Positions 1 to 8,730 of a stretch of 64,000 bases of DNA are shown here, in pieces. The notes beneath the pieces were generated by a model, which was not told the origin of the DNA, searched no databases, and saw nothing but the letters and a program-made list of their open reading frames with translations. The first letter of the stretch is position 1. Each line of letters opens with the position of its first letter. Made by a program: the position numbers and the translations under genes. Source of the DNA: an uncultured cyanobacterium (GTDB lineage Bacteria; Cyanobacteriota; Cyanobacteriia; PCC-6307; Cyanobiaceae); contig CAVONQ010000018.1 in the NCBI GenBank assembly GCA_963697335.1, forward strand, positions 478,745 through 542,744, given 5' to 3'.

Positions 1-1032
1 GCAGGGACAGTCCGCGGGCAGGGCCTGACGATCCACCGCCCCGTAGAGCACCAGGGCCCCGGAGGGATCAGCCAGCTGGTCCAGGCGGCGTCGGTAGGCC
101 GCCCCCAGGGTGGGGGAGTCCAGCAGCTGGGGCAGGCCCTGGGGCGGGATCGCCAGCACGAGGTCGCGGGCCGTGCGTTCAAAGTCCTCCCCCTGCCGCT
201 GGCGGCCGCAGCGCTGCCCCTGGAGCTGCCAGCCCTCGCCCTGCCGCTGCAGCCGCTCCACCCGGTGCCCCAGGCGCAGGTGCCCCCCGGCTTGGCCCAG
301 GGCCTGCTCCAGGGCCGTGCTCAGGCTCTGCATCGAGCCCTCCAGGTGCCACAGCCCCAGGGGCTCCTGGGCGATGGCCAGCACCGTGGCCCCGTAGAGG
401 GCGGCGGTGCGATCCGAGGGCTCCTGGGAGTAGAGCCGCAGCTGCAGATCCAGAAAGCGGCGCAGCCGCTGGTCGTCCCCGCAGCCGCACAGGGCCAGCA
501 GGTCGGCCACGCTTGCCGCGGCGAACAGGCCGCTGGCCAGGTTGGCGGGCCGCAGGGCCCCCAGCAGCCGGCCCAGATCCCAGCCATTGCGCGGTGGCAA
601 CACAGGATCCCGGGCCGCGAAGCCCCAGTTGGCGCTGTGCAGGGCCGCGCAGAGGCGCCAGAAGGGCTCACTGCCCGGAAACTGGCTCAGCCGCTCCTGC
701 CGCCAGCGCTGGGGGTCGCGCCACAGCCGCACCGGGGCGCTCCCGTCACCCAGGTGCACCACACAGGCTGGATCGAGGGGCCGGGCGGCGGGCAGCTCGA
801 TGCCCAGGTGCTGGAAGAGGCGGGCATGGCTGCCGCCGGGCTCCAGGCCGGCCACCTGGGTGGCCCCCACATCGAACACGTAGGGCCCGCGCCGGAAGGT
901 GCCGGCGCAGCCACCGCACTGGTTGTGGGCTTCCAGCAGCTCCACCTCCAGTCCCGCATCGGCCAGCAGCGCCGCAGCCGTGAGTCCGGCAATGCCGGCC
1001 CCCACCACCGCCACGTCGAGCACCTCTGCCAT
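1..1032 (-). CDS. crtD: FAD-dependent carotenoid desaturase, C-3',4' desaturase CrtD-like (3' end runs off the window)
   Basis: Not in the ORF track because it is truncated. Read manually from ATG 1032: MAEVLDVAVVGAGIAGLTAAALLADAGLEVELLEAHNQCGGCAGTFRRGPYVFDVGATQVAGLEPGG, a Rossmann GxGxxG plus FDVGAT of the CrtI/CrtD family. Confidence 0.75.
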   Translation of the reverse strand, partial: MAEVLDVAVVGAGIAGLTAAALLADAGLEVELLEAHNQCGGCAGTFRRGPYVFDVGATQVAGLEPGGSHARLFQHLGIELPAARPLDPACVVHLGDGSAPVRLWRDPQRWRQERLSQFPGSEPFWRLCAALHSANWGFAARDPVLPPRNGWDLGRLLGALRPANLASGLFAAASVADLLALCGCGDDQRLRRFLDLQLRLYSQEPSDRTAALYGATVLAIAQEPLGLWHLEGSMQSLSTALEQALGQAGGHLRLGHRVERLQRQGEGWQLQGQRCGRQRQGEDFERTARDLVLAIPPQGLPQLLDSPTLGAAYRRRLDQLADPSGALVLYGAVDRQALPADCPC

Positions 1033-1064
1033 GGCGGCATGCTGGCAGGCAGGTCTGCGGCGCC

Positions 1065-1970
1065 GTGGTGAGTCTCCCCTCCGAGCCCCTGGCCGCCTGG
1101 TATGAAGCCCGACTGGGCTTCCGGCCCATCGCCCAGACCCCCGTAGGGGGCGGCTGCATCCATCGGGCCTGGCGGCTGGTGAATGCGGAGGGCAGCAGCG
1201 TCTTTGCCAAGATCGGCGGCAGCGGTGCCATGGCGCTGCTGGAGGCCGAGGCCATGGGGCTGGCCGCCCTGGGGGCCTGGCCGCCGGCCGGTCTGCGGGT
1301 GCCCCAGCCCCTGGCCCTGGAGCTGGTGGGCGACCAGGCCATGCTGGTGCTGCCCTGGCTGGACCTGGCCGCCGGAGGCACTGGGGTCTCTGGGGGCTGG
1401 TCGCAGCTGGGGCAGGGCCTGGCGCAGCTGCATCGGGCCAGCAGGGGAGGGGAGGGAGGCCGGGGCTACGGCTTCGAAGCCGACAACTTCATCGGCTCAG
1501 CTCCCCAGGCCAATGGCTGGCTCCCCCGTTGGGCCAGCTTCTTTGTGCAGCGCCGCCTGGCGCCCCAGCTGGCCATGGCGGCGGCGCGGGGGGAGGCCTT
1601 CGCCAGCGCGGACGCCGTTCTGGAGGGGGCGCACGAGCGGCTTGCCCTGCATGAGCCGGAAGCGGTGCTTGTGCACGGCGACCTCTGGAGCGGCAATGCC
1701 GGGCTGCTACGGGGCGGCGGCGCGGCCCTGTTCGACCCTGCCGCCTACTGGGGCGACCGGGAGGTGGATCTGGCCATGGCGCAGTTGTTCGGCGGGTTCC
1801 CTGCCAGCTTTTTTGCGGGCTACCAGGCCACCTGGCCCCTGCCCAGTGGGGCGGCTGGGCGGGTGGAGCTCTACAACCTGTATCACCTGCTCAACCACGC
1901 CAACCTGTTCGGCGGTGGCTACCGCCGGCAGGCCGAAGCGTCGATGCTCCGCCTGCTGGAGGCCCATTGA
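1065..1970 (+). CDS. Fructosamine/ketosamine-3-kinase family protein
   Basis: GGGCIH, DNFIG, LVHGDLWSGN, FDPAAYWGDREVDLAM and LYHLLNHANLFG motifs. Confidence 0.9.
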   Translation: MVSLPSEPLAAWYEARLGFRPIAQTPVGGGCIHRAWRLVNAEGSSVFAKIGGSGAMALLEAEAMGLAALGAWPPAGLRVPQPLALELVGDQAMLVLPWLDLAAGGTGVSGGWSQLGQGLAQLHRASRGGEGGRGYGFEADNFIGSAPQANGWLPRWASFFVQRRLAPQLAMAAARGEAFASADAVLEGAHERLALHEPEAVLVHGDLWSGNAGLLRGGGAALFDPAAYWGDREVDLAMAQLFGGFPASFFAGYQATWPLPSGAAGRVELYNLYHLLNHANLFGGGYRRQAEASMLRLLEAH

Positions 1971-1995
1971 GGCCAGGGGGATGGCCGGCAGTCCG

Positions 1996-2400
1996 TCAGG
2001 TCAGATACTCGTTGCGGAGCGTCTGCAGCTTGTTGACCACGGCGCTGCGCTTTTCGCTGGTGGTGAGGTTCTTCCAGCCCCATTGGCCCACCACCACCAG
2101 GCCGAGCAGCTCCAGCAGCCCGGGCACGACGGGCAGCAGGTTGACGGTGTCGAGCACGCCCTTGATCAGGATCTGGGCGATGATCACCACCAGCAGAATG
2201 CCGGCGGCCTTGCCGATTCGACCCATCTGAGTCCAGTCGATCTGGCCGAGGGTCTGGTTGATGGTGCCGAGGACCTCCCTGTAACGCTCCTTGAACGCGG
2301 CCGTGTCGATGCCTTCGGCCGCGGAGGCTTCAGGGGTCGGCGTGGGATCAGCGTCGGCCATCGGCTCGGTTTCAAGCGTGGGGGTAGGGGTGTCGCTCAT
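1996..2400 (-). CDS. CAAD-domain / CURT1-like thylakoid membrane curvature protein
   Basis: Two hydrophobic helices with LDTVNLLPVVPGLLELLGL, followed by a short amphipathic C-terminus. Confidence 0.8.
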   Translation of the reverse strand: MSDTPTPTLETEPMADADPTPTPEASAAEGIDTAAFKERYREVLGTINQTLGQIDWTQMGRIGKAAGILLVVIIAQILIKGVLDTVNLLPVVPGLLELLGLVVVGQWGWKNLTTSEKRSAVVNKLQTLRNEYLT

Positions 2401-2445
2401 GGCCTGGGCCTAGCTCCGGTTCACAGTGACCCATAAGGTATCGGG

Positions 2446-2895
2446 GTGCCCTCCGACGCGCCAATCGGCCTCGGTGTTGATCCCGGGTTGCTCACCGCCC
2501 TGGCCGCCGTGCTCCGCTCCGCTGCGCCCGAAGAGGGCTGCTGTCTGCTGCTGGGCTCACGCCACGGCCGCGGCCATGACCCGCGCTGGCAGCTGCAACG
2601 GCTCTGGCCCTGCCTGAACGTGTGGTCGCCGCCTGGGGAGCGGCAGCGCCGTTTCGCCATTGATCCGAGGGAGCAACTGGTGGCCCAGCGCTGGGCGCGG
2701 CAGCGGGGGCTGCAGGTGCTGGGCGCTGCCCACAGCCACCCGGAAGGTGCCGCAGAGCCCTCGCCCACCGACCGGGCCCTCACCTGCGCCCCAGCCCTGA
2801 TGGTGATTCTGAATCGCCACGGCGAGGCGCGGGCCTGGTGGCTGGAGGAGGGGGACACCCAGCCCAGGCAGCTGCCGTGGAGAATGGAGCATTGA
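2446..2895 (+). CDS. M67/JAB (Mov34) family metallopeptidase
   Basis: EEGCCLLLG ... HSHPEGAAEPSPTD matches the JAMM motif E...HxH-x7-S-x2-D. Confidence 0.88.
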   Translation: MPSDAPIGLGVDPGLLTALAAVLRSAAPEEGCCLLLGSRHGRGHDPRWQLQRLWPCLNVWSPPGERQRRFAIDPREQLVAQRWARQRGLQVLGAAHSHPEGAAEPSPTDRALTCAPALMVILNRHGEARAWWLEEGDTQPRQLPWRMEH

Positions 2896-2934
2896 CCTGG
2901 CCCGTGGCTGTCTGGCCCGGGCCCCTCGCCGCCG

Positions 2935-4107
2935 ATGCTCCCCCCCGACACCACTGGAGTCCAGCTCAGCCCCGATGAGGTGGTCCGCTTTTCGCGCCAC
3001 CTGATCCTGCCGGAGGTGGGCATGGAGGGCCAGAAGCGCCTCAAGGCCTCCTCCGTGCTCTGTGTGGGCACCGGTGGCCTGGGCTCGCCCCTGCTGCTCT
3101 ACCTGGCCGCCGCCGGTGTGGGGCGGATCGGCATCGTCGATTTCGACGTGGTGGACCACTCCAACCTGCAGCGGCAGGTGATCCACGGCACCAGCTGGGT
3201 GGGCAAGCCCAAGATCGAGTCGGCCAAGGCCCGCATCCTCGAGATCAACCCCCACTGCCAGGTGGATCTCTACGAGACGGCCCTCACCAGTGACAACGCT
3301 CTGGCCATCCTCGAGCCCTACGACCTGGTCTGCGACGGCACCGACAACTTCCCCACCCGCTACCTGGTGAACGACGCCTGCGTGCTGCTGGGCAAGCCCA
3401 ACGTCTACGGCTCGATCTTCCGCTTCGAGGGCCAGGCCACGGTGTTCAACCTGGATGCCGAAAGCCCCAACTACCGCGACCTCTTCCCCGAGCCGCCGCC
3501 GCCGGGGATGGTGCCCTCCTGCGCCGAAGGCGGGGTGGTGGGTGTGCTGCCGGGCATCATCGGCGTGATCCAGGCCACCGAGGCGGTGAAGATCATCACC
3601 GGCCTCGGCACCACCCTCAGCGGCCGCCTGCTGCTCTTCGATGCCCTGGGCATGAAGTTCAGGGAGCTGAAGCTGCGCCCCAACCCCGAGCGCCCGGTGA
3701 TCGACAAGCTGATCGATTACCAGGAGTTCTGCGGTGTGGGGGGCACGGCCCCGGGCCAGGAGGAGGCCGGCAGTGTGCCCAGCATCACGGTGGCCGAGCT
3801 CAAGACCGTGATTGATGGCCAGCTCGAAGACATCCTGCTGCTGGATGTGCGCAATCCCCAGGAGGCGGACATCGCCGTGATTCCGGGCGCGGTGCTGGTG
3901 CCCCTCGATCACATCGAGAGCGGCGAGGCGATCGAGCAGGTGCGCCAGCTGGCCGCTGGCAAGCAGCTCTATGTGCACTGCAAGCTGGGTGGCCGCAGTG
4001 CCAAGGCCCTGATCGCCCTCGGCCGCCATGGCATTGAAGGGGTGAATGTGAATGGCGGCATCGACGCCTGGAGCCAGGAGGTGGATCCCTCGGTGCAGCG
4101 CTACTGA
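2935..4107 (+). CDS. moeB: MoeB/ThiF adenylyltransferase fused to rhodanese (MoeZ-type)
   Basis: RFSRHLILPEVG, GTGGLG, SNLQRQ, DGTDNF, SCAEGGV; C-terminal rhodanese with LLDVR and HCKLGGRS. Confidence 0.92.
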   Translation: MLPPDTTGVQLSPDEVVRFSRHLILPEVGMEGQKRLKASSVLCVGTGGLGSPLLLYLAAAGVGRIGIVDFDVVDHSNLQRQVIHGTSWVGKPKIESAKARILEINPHCQVDLYETALTSDNALAILEPYDLVCDGTDNFPTRYLVNDACVLLGKPNVYGSIFRFEGQATVFNLDAESPNYRDLFPEPPPPGMVPSCAEGGVVGVLPGIIGVIQATEAVKIITGLGTTLSGRLLLFDALGMKFRELKLRPNPERPVIDKLIDYQEFCGVGGTAPGQEEAGSVPSITVAELKTVIDGQLEDILLLDVRNPQEADIAVIPGAVLVPLDHIESGEAIEQVRQLAAGKQLYVHCKLGGRSAKALIALGRHGIEGVNVNGGIDAWSQEVDPSVQRY

Positions 4108-4116
4108 GCTGAGTCG

Positions 4117-4140
4117 CTACTGAGCCCGAGGGCTCAGTAG
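4117..4140. terminator. Inverted repeat between convergent moeB and cobO (possible bidirectional terminator)
   Basis: CTACTGAGCCC-GA-GGGCTCAGTAG, perfect 11-bp arms; no U-tract. Confidence 0.5.
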
Positions 4141-5342
4141 TCCACCCCCCGTTTGAGATCCACGCCGCGCTCGGCGTAGTGCTTGTGGCACACCATCTCG
4201 GAGTGAACCGTGGCGAGGTCGAAGTAGGCGGGCCGGTTGCGGCAGCGGCCGGTGAGGATCACCTCGGTTTCGGCTGGCTTGCGCAGCAGCGTCTGCACGA
4301 TCGGCTCCTGGGGCAACAGCTCCAGATCCACGGTGGGGTTGATCTCATCGAGGATCACCGTCTTGTAGAGGCCGCTGGAGATGGCGGCCCTGGCGATCTC
4401 CCAGGCCCTCTCGGCCTCCACGTAGTCGATCGGCTGCTGCTGACCGCGCCACACGATCGCATCGCGGCCCGAGCGCAGGTGATCCACCAGATGGGGATAG
4501 CTCTCGCGCAGGGCGGCGATCGCCGCGTCTTCCGTGTATCCGGTGCCGCCCTTGAGCCACTGCAGGATCAGCACCCGGTGGCTCTTGTCCTGGCTGATGC
4601 CCCGCCCAATCGCCTGCAGGGCCTTGCCCAGCGCGCTGGTCGACTTGCCCTTGCCCTCGCCGGTGTAGATCTCGATGCCGTCGAGGCCGGCGGCGGCGGT
4701 GGCGGCGTCACCATGGCGGCGATGGGCCCGCATCTCGGAATGCAGGTCAGCCAGCTGCACCAGCTGGCGCGGGGCGCCGCGGCCGGTGCAGATCACCTCC
4801 ATGCCATCGGGCTTGGCGGCGAGGCTGCGGCAGATCTCCTCCCGATCCAGCAGGCCCAGGTCGAGCACGGGGTTGAGCTCGTCGAGCACCACTACGGAGT
4901 AGAGGTTGCTGGCGATGGCGCCCTTGGCGATGTCCCAGCCCCGCTGGGCTTCCTGGCGGTCGAAGCGGGTGGCCTGGTCGGCGCTGAAGAAGTCGCCTCG
5001 GCCGGTGCGCACCTGGTCGATCAGATGGGGAAAGCCCTGCTGCAGGGCCTCGATAGCAGCATCCTCGTCGTAGGCCCGGCCCGGTCCTTTGAGGAAGCGC
5101 AGCAGCAGCACCCGGGTGCGCTTCTGCTCGCAGATCCCCAGGCCGATGGTGCGCAGCACCACCCCCAGGGCGGCCTGGCTCTTGCCCTTGCCATCGCCGT
5201 CATAGACGTGCAGCTGGCCATGGGTGCGTTCATCGCGGCCCGAGGCGGTGCGGATGCCGATCCCCGAGGCGCTGCCGCTGCCTGATCCGCTGCCTGCGCT
5301 GCCCTGGCCCAGGCGAGACGGCTCGGTGGTGCTCGGACTCAT
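4134..5342 (-). CDS. cobO: Cob(I)yrinic acid a,c-diamide adenosyltransferase, tandem two-domain form
   Basis: Two CobA/BtuR units: VYDGDGKGKS...VVLDELN...TGR and IYTGEGKGKS...VILDEIN...TGR, ending in GVDY. Confidence 0.9.
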   Translation of the reverse strand: MSPSTTEPSRLGQGSAGSGSGSGSASGIGIRTASGRDERTHGQLHVYDGDGKGKSQAALGVVLRTIGLGICEQKRTRVLLLRFLKGPGRAYDEDAAIEALQQGFPHLIDQVRTGRGDFFSADQATRFDRQEAQRGWDIAKGAIASNLYSVVVLDELNPVLDLGLLDREEICRSLAAKPDGMEVICTGRGAPRQLVQLADLHSEMRAHRRHGDAATAAAGLDGIEIYTGEGKGKSTSALGKALQAIGRGISQDKSHRVLILQWLKGGTGYTEDAAIAALRESYPHLVDHLRSGRDAIVWRGQQQPIDYVEAERAWEIARAAISSGLYKTVILDEINPTVDLELLPQEPIVQTLLRKPAETEVILTGRCRNRPAYFDLATVHSEMVCHKHYAERGVDLKRGVDY

Positions 5343-5457
5343 CGCTGCCGTGCTTCGCCGCCGATGCTACCCACCGCAACCAGGCGCTTTGGTGGCCAGC
5401 CGTCAGCCGCTGCTGCCAGGATCGAACCCCGGCCGCCGGCCCTCCGCTCTTGCTGTC

Positions 5458-6339
5458 TTGACGTTCACCCCCCTGGAGCGCCTGCCCCCCAGCCTCGAGC
5501 GAGGTCTTGAGGCGTTGCGGCAGGCCATGGCGACCCTGCCAAGGGTGGTGGTGGCCTACTCCGGCGGGGTGGACAGCGCCCTGGTGGCGTCCATTGCTGT
5601 GGAGCAATGCGGCAGCGCAGCCCTGGCCATCACCGGCGTGTCGCCGGCCCTGGCTCCGCACCTGCGCCAGGAAGCCGCCGCCCAGGCCCGCTGGCTGGGC
5701 ATCGCCCACAGGGAGATTGCCACCGCCGAACTGGCCGACCCCGCCTATGCATCGAACCCGGCTGAGCGCTGCTACGCCTGCAAGCGCGAGTTGCATCGCC
5801 TGCTGGCTCCGGTGGCCGCGGCAGCCGGCGATGCGGTGGTGCTCGACGGCGTCAACCGCGACGATCTCGGCGACCACCGTCCCGGCATCCGGGCGGCGCG
5901 GGAGCACGGGGTGCGCTCACCCCTGGCCGAAAACGGTATCGACAAGGCTGGGGTGCGTCAGATCTCCAGGGCCCTGGGCCTGCCCTGGTGGGACAAGCCT
6001 GCCCAGCCCTGCCTGGCCTCCCGCTTCCCCTATGGCGAGGCGATCACGGCGGCCCGGCTGCACCAGGTGGCGGCAGCAGAGGCCTGGCTGCTGGATCGGG
6101 GTTGGCCCCGGCTGCGGGTGCGCTGCCAGGGGGAGACAGCCCGTATCGAATTGCCGGAGTCGGAACTCACCGCCGCCCTGGAGCAGTGGCGGGATGACTC
6201 CCGCCGCCGGCAGTTGGTGGAGGCCTTCCTGGCCCTCGGCTTCACCGCTGTGGCGGTGGATCTGGAGGGCCTGGTGAGCGGCAAGCTCAATCGTGGCCTC
6301 GCCCCGGTCAGGCCGCCTCAGCGGGCAGACGGGTGCTGA
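5458..6339 (+). CDS. larE: LarE-family ATP-dependent sulfur transferase (PP-loop)
   Basis: [22 protein letters not shown] and [10 protein letters not shown] motifs. TTG 5458 chosen because the ORF-track extension overlaps cobO. Confidence 0.88.
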   Translation: MTFTPLERLPPSLERGLEALRQAMATLPRVVVAYSGGVDSALVASIAVEQCGSAALAITGVSPALAPHLRQEAAAQARWLGIAHREIATAELADPAYASNPAERCYACKRELHRLLAPVAAAAGDAVVLDGVNRDDLGDHRPGIRAAREHGVRSPLAENGIDKAGVRQISRALGLPWWDKPAQPCLASRFPYGEAITAARLHQVAAAEAWLLDRGWPRLRVRCQGETARIELPESELTAALEQWRDDSRRRQLVEAFLALGFTAVAVDLEGLVSGKLNRGLAPVRPPQRADGC

Positions 6340-6787
6340 CCTGAATCGCGCCGGGGGTTTCTCGGCGGAAGCTGGTGAGCTTGTGTTCGGCGGCGGCGAG
6401 CTCCTCGGCCAGCACGGCACAGGCCCGCTCGGGCATGGTGTGGTCGCCGCAGGTGAACACATCCACGGCCGCGTAGCCGGATTCCGGCCAGGTGTGGATG
6501 GAGATGTGCGATTCGGCCAGTAGGGCCAGCCCTGTGACGCCCTGGGGCTCGAAGCGGTGAGTGATCAGATTCAGAAGGGTGGCACCAGCCCGTTTCGCTG
6601 CGGCGGTGATGGTGTCCCTGAGAAAGGCTTCGTCGTCGAGCCGGGCGTGATCGCACCCGTAGAGCTCGAGAATGCAGTGTTTGCCGACGGTGTCGGTGAT
6701 CGGAGCAGGCTGGCTGGCGGCGTGGGCTGCGGATTGGGCTGCGTTCCATCCGGGGTGGGGGTGGAGACAAGGCAGGGCTTGGATCAT
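6308..6787 (-). CDS. speD: S-adenosylmethionine decarboxylase proenzyme
   Basis: [11 protein letters not shown], and [26 protein letters not shown] containing the E-S self-cleavage site. Confidence 0.93.
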   Translation of the reverse strand: MIQALPCLHPHPGWNAAQSAAHAASQPAPITDTVGKHCILELYGCDHARLDDEAFLRDTITAAAKRAGATLLNLITHRFEPQGVTGLALLAESHISIHTWPESGYAAVDVFTCGDHTMPERACAVLAEELAAAEHKLTSFRRETPGAIQVSTRLPAEAA

Positions 6788-6863
6788 TGAATCCGATCAA
6801 CTTGGAGGACAACCTTACGTGACGCTGACTGTCCAGCGAGAGCCGGGCTTCTCAGACGTGGCC

Positions 6864-7973
6864 TCAGCTCGCCTTGACCACAGCGCCGCCCTGCAGCTGC
6901 ACCATCTGGCTCTGCTGCCGCCAGCCCGCTCCAAAGGCCCCCAGGTGGGTGGCACTCACCAGACACTGGTGCCCCTCGCCCACGGCCTCGAGCAGCAACT
7001 GCTGGCGGTTGGGGTCGAGCTCGGCCAGCACGTCGTCGAGCAGCAGCAGGGGTGGTTCGCCGATCACGCTGTGAACCAGCTCCAGCTCGGCCAGCTTGAG
7101 GGCCAGCACCAGGGTGCGCTGCTGCCCCGCCGATCCATAGCGCCGGGCCGGTTGGCCGGCCAGGCCAAAGGCGACTTCATCGCGGTGGGGCCCAACCCCG
7201 CACTGGCCCAGCCGCAATTCCTCGCTGCGCTGGGCGGCCAGCTGGGCGGCCAGGGCGGCACACCAGGGCTCCTCCGCTTCCTCGCCCTCCAGCTGGGTGC
7301 CACTGCGGTAGCTGATCGTGAGGGCATCGTGACCGCCGCTGAGGCGCTGCTGCCAGCTACTGGCCAGGGGCTCCAGCCGGCGCAGGGCCCGGTGCCGGCG
7401 GCGGTGCAGGCGCGTGCCCACCAGGGCCATCTGCTGGTCGAAGGCGTCGAGCAGCGCCGCCTGCTCGCGGCCGCCGAGGCCCCGCCGCAGCAGCTGGCTG
7501 CGCTGGCGCAACAGGCGGCCATAGCGACTAAGTAGCTCGGCATAGAGGGGCTCCAGCTGCAGCACCACCCGGTCGAGCCATTGGCGCCTTCCGGCAGGCT
7601 CGCCCCGCACCAGCTCCAGGTCGAGGGCGCTGAAGCATACGCAGCGCAGCGAACCCAGCAGGTCGTGCTGCCGCTCCAGCCCCTTGCCGTTGCGGCGCGC
7701 CTGCCGCCCGCCGCTGCGGCGCAGGTCGAGCTGCAGCAGATCGCCGCCGGTGGTGAGGCCCTGGATCCGGGCCCCGCGGCATCCCTGCTGAATCAGGTCC
7801 TGATCGGAGCCGGTGCGGTGGGAGCGCAGCGAGCCCAGCAGTTCCACCGCTTCCAGCAGGTTGGACTTGCCCTGGCCATTGGGCCCCAGCACCAACAGCC
7901 GAGGAGCCTCCAGGCCCAGCTCGAGCCGAGCGATGTTGCGGAACTGCAGCAGCTCGAGGCGATCCAGCCTGAT
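6864..7973 (-). CDS. recF: DNA replication/repair protein RecF (start probably non-canonical)
   Basis: [13 protein letters not shown]...[26 protein letters not shown] and [11 protein letters not shown] motifs. The conserved N-terminus lies upstream of the track start at 7895. Confidence 0.92.
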   Translation of the reverse strand: MRLDRLELLQFRNIARLELGLEAPRLLVLGPNGQGKSNLLEAVELLGSLRSHRTGSDQDLIQQGCRGARIQGLTTGGDLLQLDLRRSGGRQARRNGKGLERQHDLLGSLRCVCFSALDLELVRGEPAGRRQWLDRVVLQLEPLYAELLSRYGRLLRQRSQLLRRGLGGREQAALLDAFDQQMALVGTRLHRRRHRALRRLEPLASSWQQRLSGGHDALTISYRSGTQLEGEEAEEPWCAALAAQLAAQRSEELRLGQCGVGPHRDEVAFGLAGQPARRYGSAGQQRTLVLALKLAELELVHSVIGEPPLLLLDDVLAELDPNRQQLLLEAVGEGHQCLVSATHLGAFGAGWRQQSQMVQLQGGAVVKAS

Positions 7974-8104
7974 GGGTCGGGAGGCGGCCAGCGGCTAAGC
8001 TAAGGCGGCTGCGGAATCGATCCGCCGCCAGCCCCAGCCGGGTCCCCAGAGCCCTGGGCAGCAGACCATCATCTTGGTCATCCATCCCAGCAGGGGCGCA
8101 GGTT

Positions 8105-8178
8105 GGGCATGTAGCTCAGTTGGATAGAGCGTCAGATTCCGGTTCTGAATGTCGGGGGTTCGAGTCCCTCCATGCTCG
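8105..8178 (+). tRNA. trnR: tRNA-Arg(CCG)
   Basis: GGGCATGTAGCTCAGTTGGATAGAGC...TCAGA-TTCCGGT-TCTGA...GGTTCGAGTCC...CATGCTCG cloverleaf; CCA not encoded. Confidence 0.96.
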
Positions 8179-8199
8179 TTGTGCTCAGCGGTTCCCTGT

Positions 8200-8230
8200 T
8201 CCCCTCCGGCCAAGGCCGGAGGGGATTTTT
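8200..8230 (+). terminator. Intrinsic terminator after tRNA-Arg
   Basis: TCCCCTCCGGCC-AA-GGCCGGAGGGGA followed by TTTTT. Confidence 0.85.
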
Positions 8231-8244
8231 CTGGGGGCTGGGCC

Positions 8245-8697
8245 TCAGAGCTGCAGGCCCATGGCCCGGATCCCGCCGGGATCCACGATGAAGCCCAGGC
8301 CCTGCAAAGCCTTGACGGCCTCGGGTGGCGCCGACAGGGACACGCTGCAGCCGGAGAGCTCCCGCCGCAGCCGGCCCAGGGCTGCCTGCACCAGCGCCCG
8401 CAGCACCTTGTCGCGTTCGGGTTCCCCGGGGGCGCTGCAGAGGTCCCAGAGGTTGGCATTGAGAGCCAGATCACTGGTGACCCGCACGAAGCCCACCAGG
8501 CTGCCTGTGGGATCGGTCACCCCCAGATGCCACAGGCTCCGCTCCAGCACCCGCTGCCAGCGGTCGGCCGACCGCGCCGCCTCGCCTGAGGCCACCAGCA
8601 GGCTGTTGAGCACCTCAGCGGCCGGCCATGGATTGACCACCAGGGCGTAGCCCTCCCCCAACCTGGGGGGAGGGGTCTGGGGACGGAAGGGGATCAA
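8245..8697 (-). CDS. GNAT-family N-acetyltransferase (Ycf52-like)
   Basis: LVGFVRVTSDLALNANLWDL and a C-terminal GFIVDPGGIRAM. Confidence 0.8.
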   Translation of the reverse strand: MIPFRPQTPPPRLGEGYALVVNPWPAAEVLNSLLVASGEAARSADRWQRVLERSLWHLGVTDPTGSLVGFVRVTSDLALNANLWDLCSAPGEPERDKVLRALVQAALGRLRRELSGCSVSLSAPPEAVKALQGLGFIVDPGGIRAMGLQL

Positions 8698-8730
8698 CAG
8701 GGAGCCCAGAGGAAACGCGTGCAGGTGGGG

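Noticed and set aside
4515..4522. HIP1 octamer GCGATCGC as an over-represented repeat
   Set aside because: Only a handful of copies were noticed in 64 kb of high-GC DNA. Enrichment cannot be claimed without a count against expectation.
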